From: an uncultured Gammaproteobacteria bacterium
Lineage (GTDB): Bacteria > Patescibacteriota > Microgenomatia > Levybacterales > GWA1-39-11
Assembly: GCA_964406795.1 (NCBI GenBank)
Contig: CAYOTA010000008.1
Coordinates: 1-56,223, forward strand
Length of the DNA stretch: 56,223 bases
Direction of reading: 5' to 3'
The notes beneath the pieces are model-generated. The model searched no databases. It was not told the DNA's origin and saw only the letters and a program-made list of their open reading frames with translations. Below, piece by piece: positions 25,838 to 35,003 of the stretch; within the stretch, counting starts at the first letter, position 1, and each line of letters begins with the position of its first letter. Both the position numbers and the translations under genes were made by a program.

Positions 25838-26389
25838 ATGGTAGTGCAAGATTTAAAAGCCGGTGCCACATGGGAAGAAGAAGGAAATTTGTTTCGTGTT
25901 ATTACTTACGAACACGTTAAAATGGGACGTGGATCTGCCACAATAAAAGTTAAGGCCAGAAATGTGCGTACAGGTGCCGTAATTGAAAAAGGCTTTACAA
26001 ATGGTGCTCAGGTTAATGCAGTTAATTTAGATAAAAGAGAATACCAATTTCTTTATAAAGACTCAGAGTCAGCAAATTTCATGAACCCTATAACCTTTGA
26101 GCAAGTTATAGCACCATTAGATGTATTAGACGGACATCAATATTTGCAAGATGGAAAAAATGTTACCTTAGAATTTTATGGAGATGAAGTACTGGGAGTA
26201 GTGCTTCCACCTAAAATAACACTAAGTGTTTTAGAAACGGACCCTGGAGTTAAAGGAAACAGTGCTTCAAATATGTATAAAGACGCAACACTTGAAAACG
26301 GTACTAAAACACGTGTTCCGTTATTTATTAATATAGGGGACTTAGTAATAATTGACACTCGGGATGGTAGCTATACGAAGCGAGCGTAG
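25838..26389 (+). CDS. efp: Elongation factor P
   Basis: DLKAGATWEEEGNLFRVITYEHVKMGRGSATIKVKARNVRTG, 183 aa, three-domain EF-P pattern. Confidence 0.95.
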   Translation: MVVQDLKAGATWEEEGNLFRVITYEHVKMGRGSATIKVKARNVRTGAVIEKGFTNGAQVNAVNLDKREYQFLYKDSESANFMNPITFEQVIAPLDVLDGHQYLQDGKNVTLEFYGDEVLGVVLPPKITLSVLETDPGVKGNSASNMYKDATLENGTKTRVPLFINIGDLVIIDTRDGSYTKRA

Positions 26390-26439
26390 CATGCTTACCC
26401 TTTCTTCTTCCCCAGTTCTAGGGTATTATAAGTATACCT

Positions 26440-27777
26440 ATGAAAAGATTTTTTGTTAAAATTTCAGCTCACGATTTTACTGTTTTACTTCTTGATAGAT
26501 CTTACGTATATTTTCTTTTATCCGTTGTTTTTTCACAGGTCGCATTCAATATGATGAATGTAGTTTTAATTTTTTTAGTCTTTAATCTTACTTCTTCCAA
26601 TTTTTTAGTTTCCATGATTCTCTTTATCTCTTTGTTGCCTCAGGTTTTTTTAAGTTTTATTGGAGGAGTTATAGCGGATTCCAAAAACAAAAAAAGTATA
26701 CTAGTCTTAGGGAATATTGGACGAGCGTTTGTAGTTTTTCTGCTTATTTTCTTTAATTCAACCGTTGCACTCGTATACATATTTGCGTTACTTGTGTCCG
26801 TTGTAACACAGTTTTATATTCCAGCCGAAACTCCCATAATTCCAAAACTTGTTTCAGATAAATTGCTTATTGCAGCAAATTCCTTATTTGGCTTAGCACT
26901 ATTCGGTTCTATACTCATAGGGTACGTTATAGCAGGCCCGGTATATGCCGCGTTAGGAAATTCATATGTCTTTATTGTTTTGGCTGTATTGTTTGGACTT
27001 GCTGGTCTTTTTGCAAATTTTATCCCAAATTATGCACTTAATCATACTATATCTAATATGCCAAAGAAAAAAGTAAAAGCACAAGTAGAAGAATCTCTTA
27101 AATCAGACTTTATTGGAACATACAAACTGTTGCTTGAAACAAAGGGTGTTGCACCTTCCTTTGTGTTGTTGATAGTGTCTCAAGTTGTAATTATGGTTTT
27201 GGCAATTATTGTACCAGGGTATGCAAACGATATTCTTAAAATAAATGTTGAAAACGTGTCTCTTTTGTTATTTGCTCCTGCTGCAGTTGGTATGATATTG
27301 GCTGCACTTTGTATCGGCAGTTTTTTCAAGAATGCAAATCGGGATATGCTCATGAATATTGGACTTATTTTATCAGGAGCAGTACTTTTGTCTCTACCAT
27401 TCATTTCGTCGCGAGGACTTATAAATAGTATTACATTTTATAATTCTTTTGTTCCGTCGTTCATTTCAGTAAATCAATTATTTATTGTATCTGCATTGTC
27501 TTTTTTTGCAGGAATAGGCAATGCACTTATCTTTATACCTGCACAAACTACAATTCAGGAAAAAATTCCTGAAAACTTCAGAAGTAAAATATACGGTCTT
27601 TTATTTGCATTAATTGGTCTATTCTCATTATTACCAATTGCGCTAGTTGGTGGACTTGCAGATAGTATTGGGGTTAATACTGTGCTAGTTATTATTGGTT
27701 GCCTTATATTTTTTGGAGGATGTATTTATGTAATTTCGTTAAAACTTATGCAAATTTATTTTAAACCTTCTATATGA
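26440..27777 (+). CDS. MFS-type transporter
   Basis: 445 aa, about 12 TM helices, with a GGVIADSKNKK loop between TM2 and TM3 (MFS motif A-like). Confidence 0.75.
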   Translation: MKRFFVKISAHDFTVLLLDRSYVYFLLSVVFSQVAFNMMNVVLIFLVFNLTSSNFLVSMILFISLLPQVFLSFIGGVIADSKNKKSILVLGNIGRAFVVFLLIFFNSTVALVYIFALLVSVVTQFYIPAETPIIPKLVSDKLLIAANSLFGLALFGSILIGYVIAGPVYAALGNSYVFIVLAVLFGLAGLFANFIPNYALNHTISNMPKKKVKAQVEESLKSDFIGTYKLLLETKGVAPSFVLLIVSQVVIMVLAIIVPGYANDILKINVENVSLLLFAPAAVGMILAALCIGSFFKNANRDMLMNIGLILSGAVLLSLPFISSRGLINSITFYNSFVPSFISVNQLFIVSALSFFAGIGNALIFIPAQTTIQEKIPENFRSKIYGLLFALIGLFSLLPIALVGGLADSIGVNTVLVIIGCLIFFGGCIYVISLKLMQIYFKPSI

Positions 27778-28448
27778 TTCAAATTGTTTTCTTCATCATA
27801 TGTCTAGTGGCATCGCTTTATATATTATACTTGCTGACCAAGCACGACTTTGTACTGGCCCGAAAAAGTTTATTGTTGCAGGAGATTTTTGATGTAACAT
27901 TTGTTGGATTTCTTGCATTTTTGATAACTGCTAGAACTCTTTACATAGTGTCTGTTCTAAATTTTAATCTTCTAAACCCTTTGAAATTTTTCCACATATT
28001 TAAATTTCCCGGTGCACTTTTTCTAGGTGGATTGTTAGGATTTTGGATTGTTATTTATTTCTTTTTTAAAAAGAAAAAAATTCTAGCACGGTTATATGAC
28101 ATCTATGCATTGAGCTTATTTCCACTTTTTATTTTTGCACTTGGTGTGTCATACAACAAGGGATATTTTTTATATTTTAATATATTAGTCTTTTTTTTAT
28201 CTATTCTTTTCATGATAATTGGTATTTATTCATATAAAAATTATTCACTTAAAGATGGGAGCATAGCGTTTTTGTTTGTTTGTCTAATAACTGTGTTTAC
28301 TATTATTTCAGAGTTCTCAAGCAGCAGCAGAGTTATCTTTTCATATTTTACAATTCCGCAAATTATTAGTGTTATAGTGTTTTTAGGATTTTCTGTTTTA
28401 TTATTGTCTCATGAAGGAATTGTCAGAGCAAAGAAAAATAAAATATGA
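27774..28448 (+). CDS. Polytopic membrane protein of unknown function
   Basis: 224 aa with 6-7 TM helices. ATGA overlap with the upstream gene. A resemblance to Lgt cannot be confirmed by eye. Confidence 0.5.
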   Translation: MIQIVFFIICLVASLYILYLLTKHDFVLARKSLLLQEIFDVTFVGFLAFLITARTLYIVSVLNFNLLNPLKFFHIFKFPGALFLGGLLGFWIVIYFFFKKKKILARLYDIYALSLFPLFIFALGVSYNKGYFLYFNILVFFLSILFMIIGIYSYKNYSLKDGSIAFLFVCLITVFTIISEFSSSSRVIFSYFTIPQIISVIVFLGFSVLLLSHEGIVRAKKNKI

Positions 28449-29206
28449 AACCTACAGTTATTTTTGAAGATGAAAATTTATTAGTTATTAGTAAGCCTGC
28501 CGGAATGGTAGTTAATAAGGCGGATTCAGCCAAGAATCATAAAACACTACAAGACTGGGTTGATGAACAAATTCATGTAAAAGATATAACACCAAAAATG
28601 GATGTAAAAGAGTATATAGTGGAGGGGTATAACAAATATGACGAATTTGTCTCCAGATCCGGTATAGTGCATAGACTAGATAAGGAGACTTCAGGAATAC
28701 TATTGATTGCAAAAAATCCGGAGACATTTATAGATCTTCAAAATCAGTTTAAAAGTGGAAAAGTTCACAAAACATACATTACATTAGTTCACGGAAAAGT
28801 AGAAGAAGTGCAGGGTGTCATTGATGCGCCCATTGGTAGACTTCCATGGAATAGAATGAGATTTGGAATTTACCCTGAGGGGCGTCAGGCTGTAAGTAAT
28901 TATAAAGTCATAGAATATAAAAAAGTAAAAGACCAAAAAAATGAGGAAGATGTAACTATGGTTGAAGTATATCCTCAAACAGGAAGAACACACCAAATCA
29001 GAGTTCATTTTCAGCACATTAAGCATCCTGTTTATGGCGATGAATTATATGCAGGACGCAAAACCGGAAAAAAGGACAGAAAGATTTTGTCTAGGCACTT
29101 TCTCCATGCATCCAAAATTGAGCTAGAGTATCCAGATGCCACCAGAGTAGTATACGAAAGTGAATTACCTGAAGAATTAACTCAATTTTATTCAACACTT
29201 GAATAA
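28445..29206 (+). CDS. RluA-family pseudouridine synthase
   Basis: Catalytic motif HRLDKETSGILLIAK, then GRTHQIRVH. ATGA overlap with the upstream gene. Confidence 0.85.
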   Translation: MKPTVIFEDENLLVISKPAGMVVNKADSAKNHKTLQDWVDEQIHVKDITPKMDVKEYIVEGYNKYDEFVSRSGIVHRLDKETSGILLIAKNPETFIDLQNQFKSGKVHKTYITLVHGKVEEVQGVIDAPIGRLPWNRMRFGIYPEGRQAVSNYKVIEYKKVKDQKNEEDVTMVEVYPQTGRTHQIRVHFQHIKHPVYGDELYAGRKTGKKDRKILSRHFLHASKIELEYPDATRVVYESELPEELTQFYSTLE

Positions 29207-29229
29207 GCGTAAGTTACATAACTGCCATT

Positions 29230-30135
29230 ATGAAAATAAAAATTAAAAATACTGATGAGGACCTTGAAGTCTTACCAAAACGTAAACCCCGTTCCTCAAA
29301 AAAAGATCTAGAACCGCATTCCGTAAATCTAAAGAAAAAAAGAAGCAACATTCACTATCTTTTTTATTTTTTTGGCGCAGTTTTAATGTGTATTTTGCTA
29401 GCACTTGTTTTTAGAATTGCTTTGTCAGTTAAAAATAGTACCTTTTCCACTCCTTCTTATGCAGTTTTGGTCGCATCTGATCCTTCATTTTTAATTTCAG
29501 TTGATACGGCATCTAAAAAGCTCAGTATTATAGAAGTAGGTTCAAGATTCAGTAACAACCGTCTTCAAAAGAGCATGCTGCTTAAAACACCGTTGGACGG
29601 GAAAATGTATAAAAAAAATGGGACAATTTCAGTAGATGAATATCCATCAGTTAAGTTTTTGTGGTACATGATTATGCGTCCATGGGAATATGGATTTGAA
29701 GGGATGACTCCATTTGATGCTTTTAAGCTAACCCAATATGCTCTTGGCATACAGGAAAAAGATATTGTGCGCCTCAAAATATCTGAGTCAACTGACGGCG
29801 TTATTGAAGGAATAGACTCACAAGAGTTATATGACATATTTAAAGATCCAATTATTATAAATGAGCAACAGAGTATAGAGGTCATAAATGGAACAGGACA
29901 GGAAGGATTGGCAGGACAGGTGTCATTATTGCTCAAAAACAGCGGTGGAAATGTAGTATCAGTTGGAAGTTCAAAAAGTGTGGAAAAAACAACGCTTATC
30001 ACTACTTCTAAATCACATACGGTAGAGCGGATATCCCACATTTTAGGAGTGAATTCTACTATTGATGAACAATTTGCGTCAATTTCTGATATTAAAGTAA
30101 TTTTGGGTCAGGATTTTGTAAAAAAGTTACAATAA
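29230..30135 (+). CDS. Membrane-anchored protein with LytR_C-like C-terminal domain
   Basis: One TM helix (YLFYFFGAVLMCILLALVF). The C-terminal IEVINGTGQEGLAGQVSLLLKNSGGNVVSVG resembles the LytR/CpsA/Psr C-terminal domain. Confidence 0.5.
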   Translation: MKIKIKNTDEDLEVLPKRKPRSSKKDLEPHSVNLKKKRSNIHYLFYFFGAVLMCILLALVFRIALSVKNSTFSTPSYAVLVASDPSFLISVDTASKKLSIIEVGSRFSNNRLQKSMLLKTPLDGKMYKKNGTISVDEYPSVKFLWYMIMRPWEYGFEGMTPFDAFKLTQYALGIQEKDIVRLKISESTDGVIEGIDSQELYDIFKDPIIINEQQSIEVINGTGQEGLAGQVSLLLKNSGGNVVSVGSSKSVEKTTLITTSKSHTVERISHILGVNSTIDEQFASISDIKVILGQDFVKKLQ

Positions 30136-30151
30136 GAGGTATAATAGGAGT

Positions 30152-30298
30152 ATGATGCTAATAATTTCAATCGTCGTTTTATTAATTGTCTCCTTCTTGT
30201 GGGCACTTTTGTCACTAAGACATGAAATAGTGAAGCCAAAAAGTTTACAAAGGATTAAAGCTGAGTTGGCTCGAGAAAAAATTCTGTTTAAGAGATGA
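30152..30298 (+). CDS. Small (48 aa) single-pass membrane protein, not in the ORF track
   Basis: ATGATG...TGA translates to MMLIISIVVLLIVSFLWALLSLRHEIVKPKSLQRIKAELAREKILFKR. It has TATAAT at 30140-30145 and AGGAG at 30146-30150 immediately upstream, and fills the gap exactly between 30135 and 30299. Confidence 0.45.
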   Translation: MMLIISIVVLLIVSFLWALLSLRHEIVKPKSLQRIKAELAREKILFKR

Positions 30299-30937
30299 TT
30301 AATCAGATTCTTGATTTTGATGCGTATTTGAAAAAGAGGCTTGGTTTTTAAATTTATTTACTTTTTTTGTTTCTTTTATAAAAATTGTAATACTTTTTTC
30401 ATCAACCGCCTTTATACAAGCAGAGTATTCGTTCCCCCCCAGCATAAAAGTTATTAGCCTCATTGAAATATTATCTGGAAGCATTCCTAAGTATTGTTTA
30501 TCTGATGACTGGGCAAATATTTTTGATCTTTTGATCACAATAGTAACAGGGTCACCAGGCTCAAAAAGAGATAAAGTTTTTTTATCAGCAACATTTTTGA
30601 GTTCTACAGTCTTGGTTTTACCAGCTTCCTCAATATATGTATTTGTTGATAACGTGTGATTATTAGAGGTACCATTTTTTGCAGATTTAGATACGGTGTC
30701 TAGGCGGTTTATGTTTTTAACTGCAATGGGATTAGTTTTATCCAGTTGAATTACTTTCTTGTATGTTTCGCGGGCTTTGTTAAATTTGTTGAGCTTCATA
30801 TAGGCAAAACCGAGCCTATTTAATGAATCTATGTCTTGTGGGTTTAATTCAACAAGCTGCTCATTTAGGGACTTTGCCTCTTCCCAGTTGTTTGCTAGGG
30901 CTTTTTCAATTGCGAGTGTCTTAAGGGGTGTAGTCAT
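30299..30937 (-). CDS. TPR-repeat protein
   Basis: The N-terminal ~100 aa show TPR periodicity (ALANNWEEAKSLNEQLVELNPQDIDSLNRLGFAYMKLNKFNKARETYKKVIQLD). The C-terminal domain is unknown. Confidence 0.6.
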   Translation of the reverse strand: MTTPLKTLAIEKALANNWEEAKSLNEQLVELNPQDIDSLNRLGFAYMKLNKFNKARETYKKVIQLDKTNPIAVKNINRLDTVSKSAKNGTSNNHTLSTNTYIEEAGKTKTVELKNVADKKTLSLFEPGDPVTIVIKRSKIFAQSSDKQYLGMLPDNISMRLITFMLGGNEYSACIKAVDEKSITIFIKETKKVNKFKNQASFSNTHQNQESD

Positions 30938-31061
30938 GCAAATGAAGTGTATTAATAACTTCTAATATTTCAGATATTTTATGTAATTTCCTTGAAAATG
31001 TCAAGCTGAAAAGAGTATAATTGTTGGATCCTTGTAAGTAGCATTTCAAGGTAAAATTATT

Positions 31062-31787
31062 ATGTCAGGTCATTCAAAGTGGTCAACAATTAAAAGGCAA
31101 AAAGGCGCAAATGATGTTAAGAGAGGTGCGCAGTTCACCAAACTTGCAAACTCTATAGTGTTATCAGTCCGCCAAGGTGGCGGAATCTCTGATCCCGAAA
31201 GTAATTTCAAATTGAGGTTAGCAATAGACAAGGCACGTTCTTTTAATATGCCAAAAGATAATATAGAACGAGCTATAAGCAAAGGAAAAGGTGAAGGAGG
31301 AAGTGGAGAGCTGCATGAAATGGTATATGAGGGATTTGCACCTGGTGGGGCGGCTATAATGATAGAGGCTGTTACAGACAATAAACAACGTACTGTTTCA
31401 GAAGTAAAAAATGTTTTAGAAAAAAATGGCGGAACCATGGGAAATCAAGGATCAGTGTCATACTTATTTAATAGAATTGGTGAAATTTTTGTACCAACTC
31501 ACGAAAAAACTCCGGATGAACTTTTTGAATTAGCAGTTGAATTAGGAAGCAATGATTATAGTGACGAAAACGGTGACGTTATTTTTTACGTAGATCCAAA
31601 TTCCTTGTATGCATCTAAAAAATCACTTGAAGGAAAAGGCTTGAAGGTGGAAGGTGCAGAATTGGTATTTAAGCCTTTGGTGTCTGTAGATTCTGACGCT
31701 GAGGGAAAGGAAAAGCTAGCGCATCTAGTGGAAAAGCTTGAGGATTTAGGAGATGTGCAAACAGTCTCAACTAATATTATCCTATAG
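31062..31787 (+). CDS. yebC: YebC/PmpR-family transcriptional regulator
   Basis: N-terminus MSGHSKWSTIKRQKGANDVKRG is the diagnostic YebC N-terminus. 241 aa. Confidence 0.9.
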   Translation: MSGHSKWSTIKRQKGANDVKRGAQFTKLANSIVLSVRQGGGISDPESNFKLRLAIDKARSFNMPKDNIERAISKGKGEGGSGELHEMVYEGFAPGGAAIMIEAVTDNKQRTVSEVKNVLEKNGGTMGNQGSVSYLFNRIGEIFVPTHEKTPDELFELAVELGSNDYSDENGDVIFYVDPNSLYASKKSLEGKGLKVEGAELVFKPLVSVDSDAEGKEKLAHLVEKLEDLGDVQTVSTNIIL

Positions 31788-31831
31788 TATATTATTGTAT
31801 GATGCTATAGATTGCTTCTAAAAATAAAAAT

Positions 31832-32461
31832 ATGTATATTCTAGGAATTGATCCAGGAACAGGTAGAACAGGGTGGGGTGTTATAAAAGTAGAAGAGGGT
31901 AATAAAATTACATATGTAGCGCACGGTTGTATAGTGACCACATTGGAGGATCTCATGCATGATAGACTCAAAATTCTTCACGAAAAACTTCATGAAATAA
32001 TAGAACGGTATAAACCTGACTCAATGATAGTAGAGCATATATTTTTTGGGATGAATTCGCGCACGGCAATTTCTGTAAGCCAGGCAAGAGGGGTTATATT
32101 GCTGACCTGTTCAATGCATAAATTAGCATTGCATGAATACACTGGAATAGCTGTTAAAAAGCTCATATCTGGAAGCGGAAAAGCAGAGAAAAAAGAAATG
32201 CAGCGAGTAGTGCGGGTATTACTTAACTTAACAGATGAGACTTTGGCATTTTCAGCCAAAGATAAGGCATTTGATGATTCTGCAGATGCATTGGCAATTG
32301 CCATTCATCATGCATGGAAAAGTGTAAACTACGAACCTGAAGAAAGAATAGAGCAGAGAAGACTGGAAGAAGAAGCAAAGCTTACAGTAAAAAAAGAAAA
32401 GGTGCAGGCAAGAAAAGATAGGACTGACGCAAAAAAAGCACTTAAAAAGAAAAAGTCATGA
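31832..32461 (+). CDS. ruvC: Holliday junction resolvase RuvC with Lys/Glu-rich C-terminal extension
   Basis: MYILGIDPGTGRTGWGVI, EHIFFG, and the DSADALAIAIHH catalytic acidic residues. About 45 extra charged residues at the C-terminus. Confidence 0.9.
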   Translation: MYILGIDPGTGRTGWGVIKVEEGNKITYVAHGCIVTTLEDLMHDRLKILHEKLHEIIERYKPDSMIVEHIFFGMNSRTAISVSQARGVILLTCSMHKLALHEYTGIAVKKLISGSGKAEKKEMQRVVRVLLNLTDETLAFSAKDKAFDDSADALAIAIHHAWKSVNYEPEERIEQRRLEEEAKLTVKKEKVQARKDRTDAKKALKKKKS

Positions 32462-33291
32462 AGCTTACAATACCACGTTTTAAAATACAATTAAAAAAAA
32501 TACCATTTCTTAAATTAAGCAAACGAGGGAGGTTTGTTTTTTCAGTTGTAACATTATCTGCGGCATTGTTTTTTTCTGAATTTACTACAGGTGGTGTAGT
32601 AGTGTCACTTGGATTTCTCCTATCATTTTTAACAATTTTTTTCCTCTATCTTATTTTAAAAGATGACATTTCTAAAAAGTCGCATTTCTTACCAATTCTT
32701 ATTTTGCCGTTCTTTTTTACGCTTTCATTTAGTCTTTTTTACTCCCTTATTCCGGCTCGTTTATTAACGCGGGTATTATTAACTGGCGTATATGCATTTG
32801 GTGCTTACTCATTATTTTTGACAGAAAACATTTTTGCTATTTCCTCGCTTAGGACTATTAACTTATTGAGAAGTGCCCGTATTGTGTCTTTTGTTATAAC
32901 CATTTTTGTACTTTTCTTTCTTTTTAACATAATCTTTTCTTTGCGTTTGCCGCTATATATAACACCTTTTTTGGTTGCTATTATCTCGTTTCTTATGTCA
33001 GCACAATTCCTTTGGTCATATTCTGAAAATAGAGAAGGCGGGGGGCGCGAAGTATATACGTTTTCAGCAGGCATATCACTTATGATGGGGCAGTTAGCTT
33101 TTATTTTGGCATTGTGGCCTGTAACAGCTGCAATTTACGCAATCTTTTTAACAGGCATGTTTTATACCTATTCAGGCTTATCTAATGCCTGGCTTGAGCG
33201 TAGACTATTTAAAGGTATTTTATGGGAGTATATCTGGGTAGGTGCGCTGTCTATACTTTTTTTACTCGTGTTTTCCCACTGGGGTACGTAA
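32458..33291 (+). CDS. Polytopic membrane protein of unknown function
   Basis: 277 aa with 7-8 TM helices. ATGA overlap with ruvC. Confidence 0.5.
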   Translation: MKLTIPRFKIQLKKIPFLKLSKRGRFVFSVVTLSAALFFSEFTTGGVVVSLGFLLSFLTIFFLYLILKDDISKKSHFLPILILPFFFTLSFSLFYSLIPARLLTRVLLTGVYAFGAYSLFLTENIFAISSLRTINLLRSARIVSFVITIFVLFFLFNIIFSLRLPLYITPFLVAIISFLMSAQFLWSYSENREGGGREVYTFSAGISLMMGQLAFILALWPVTAAIYAIFLTGMFYTYSGLSNAWLERRLFKGILWEYIWVGALSILFLLVFSHWGT

Positions 33292-33375
33292 ATTAATTTC
33301 AAAATATAAACTTTGTAAATTTTTTTATTGATAAACCTTGAAATAGAAGAGGGGGGAAGTATATTTTTGGCCTCA

Positions 33376-33390
33376 AATGATATAGTTTGA
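33376..33390. repeat. Left arm of a 15-nt inverted repeat (AATGATATAGTTTGA)
   Basis: Its exact reverse complement lies at 34771-34785. Confidence 0.85.
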
Positions 33391-34186
33391 TATCCTATAG
33401 TTTTATCCTATAATAGTATTTACTTATTTAGTAATGTGGATATCTTTGAGGCTAGATAGTATGTTTCACCAGCCTCAAATTAGCCTCAAAATAAGCATTT
33501 AGAGTGCCGCGACTTTTCACGCTTCTGTCAGGGTGAGGCCAGCGCCACAGGTATGCATGCGTACCCAAGCCTAAAGTACACAAAAACGAAAAAAACACGA
33601 AACGCTATTTTTTTTAAATACCCTAGTGGTGTAGTATTGAGGCTATTACTACCAAAAAGTGTTAATAAATCAACAAAAAATATACTCAATTTCACCTGTG
33701 CAATTATACTTTTCACGCTTCTAGGTATGCTTTTTTTGTCCCCCCGGAGGAGGGGCTACATGAGGCTGAATTTACATAGATCTCCCTTGGTTAACTTCAT
33801 ACACTGACCTTACAAGCGAATCTACTCCGCAGTGTATTACCCTCGCCTCTAGATAGTACATTTTATTATGTCGTACAATAATACTTTTACGACATGATCC
33901 ACACATGTTGGGAGAGGGGCTCACAGGTTCTTTGTGTGTGTTTTGTGTATCGAATTCAATCCTTATATGTAAGGTCACAATGAATTCATGCCTTATTCTT
34001 CTGTTCCTGCTCTTGTGCCAAAAACGCTGTATTATAGGTTCTTCAGATTTCATGAGTTAAAATGACCGTATTTTTACAAATCCTTATAGTGGCTGCAAAC
34101 TTAGGAGGTATAACCAGTGAACTTAGGTATTAAACGGGCCTAGAATCGCATTGTAGAGGGTCATTTCTGAGGCTAAAAGATGCAGT

Positions 34187-34651
34187 CTATAAATGGCGGG
34201 TAAATGCTGATGTAATGTCGTTTGCAGCATTCAAATTAGCTCGATTCATGATTATAGGACCACGATTCATAAATGGAAATATTTTCTTTCCGTTTTTATC
34301 AGATATAGATATTTCAGTTCCAATTTCAAAAATAATAATGTTAGTTATAGGAGTAAGATCTGTGGCTGATTCGGAAGGAATAAGTTTATCAAGATCTGTT
34401 GAAATGTATGCCCGCAAGAGATATACCGGGCTTAGTGCGCCGTCCATACCCGGAACGAGTCTTTCACTAAAAGCGAATGGTTTAGTAACGTCATGCGTCA
34501 TGATGCCTACAGCATCTCTAAGCGTGGATATATTGGCTTTGATTTGGTCTTGAAGACGTTTATTTTCAAAGTTTCTTGCAGCCTCAGATCCAGAATTCCA
34601 GCGCCAGAACGTACGCATTAACGGTTCGTTTTCAATATCAGCATTTTTCAT
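34187..34651 (-). CDS. Orphan hypothetical protein inside the repeat-rich island
   Basis: 162-aa ORF (34187..34675), or 154 aa from MKNADIENE at 34651. No recognisable motif. It is the only reasonably protein-like ORF between 33292 and 35003. Confidence 0.35.
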   Translation of the reverse strand: MKNADIENEPLMRTFWRWNSGSEAARNFENKRLQDQIKANISTLRDAVGIMTHDVTKPFAFSERLVPGMDGALSPVYLLRAYISTDLDKLIPSESATDLTPITNIIIFEIGTEISISDKNGKKIFPFMNRGPIIMNRANLNAANDITSAFTRHL

Positions 34652-34770
34652 AACTGAACTATAACAAGGCACCATAAGCTTGTCAAGTAAAGCTGTATCA
34701 AGTTACTTTACGAATAATGTTTATGTCGCACATTGTTAATATCTAGCCTCCCGCGTGAAAAGTTTCTCAT

Positions 34771-34785
34771 TCAAACTATATCATT
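34771..34785. repeat. Right arm of the 15-nt inverted repeat (TCAAACTATATCATT)
   Basis: Exact reverse complement of 33376-33390. The pair encloses 1,410 bp. Confidence 0.85.
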
Positions 34786-35003
34786 AGTATTTTATACTTT
34801 TATATTCGTGGCTAATTGAGGTGTAACCTCAATTGAGGCTAGATTCTTATGTATTCTTCTCGTTTATTTCTACCTAGCTTGACATGCGTACTTGTTATGT
34901 CGTACATTATTATGACTACTCTGCTCTTATCTGTAACGAGCAAAGTAGGCGGAAGAATAATTAACTACAATTCGCGCATTTCTTTTAAATATAAGTTGAT
35001 TCT

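Noticed and set aside
33520-33565. A possible SRP (4.5S) RNA or other small RNA. GTCAGGGTGAGGCCAGCGCC superficially recalls the SRP helix 8 GUCAGG...AGCAGC motif and is followed by a hairpin.
   Set aside because: I could not draw the required helix 8 pairing around a GNRA or GGAA tetraloop on either strand, and no flanking helix 5 complement is evident. A covariance-model scan is needed before any call.
33435-33903. DnaA-box-like 9-mers: TGTGGATAT at 33435-33443 and TGATCCACA at 33895-33903. They suggested the island might be oriC.
   Set aside because: There are only two imperfect boxes 460 bp apart. No dnaA or dnaN gene is adjacent, there is no obvious AT-rich 13-mer unwinding array, and local gene orientation converges rather than diverges here.
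33772-34053. A 93-aa minus-strand ORF in the repeat island, together with the overlapping plus-strand ORFs 33553..33807 and 34215..34553.
   Set aside because: The composition is implausible, with Arg/His/Cys-rich runs and no hydrophobic periodicity. There are no start signals, and the ORFs overlap repeat motifs. They are probably non-coding.
34716-34740. A canonical dif site near the Xer-like gene (CGAATAATGTTTATGTCGCAC).
   Set aside because: The ATAA and TTATG half-sites are only 3 nt apart instead of the usual 6-8-nt central region, and the outer arms are not palindromic. It is kept only as a generic candidate recombination motif in the findings.
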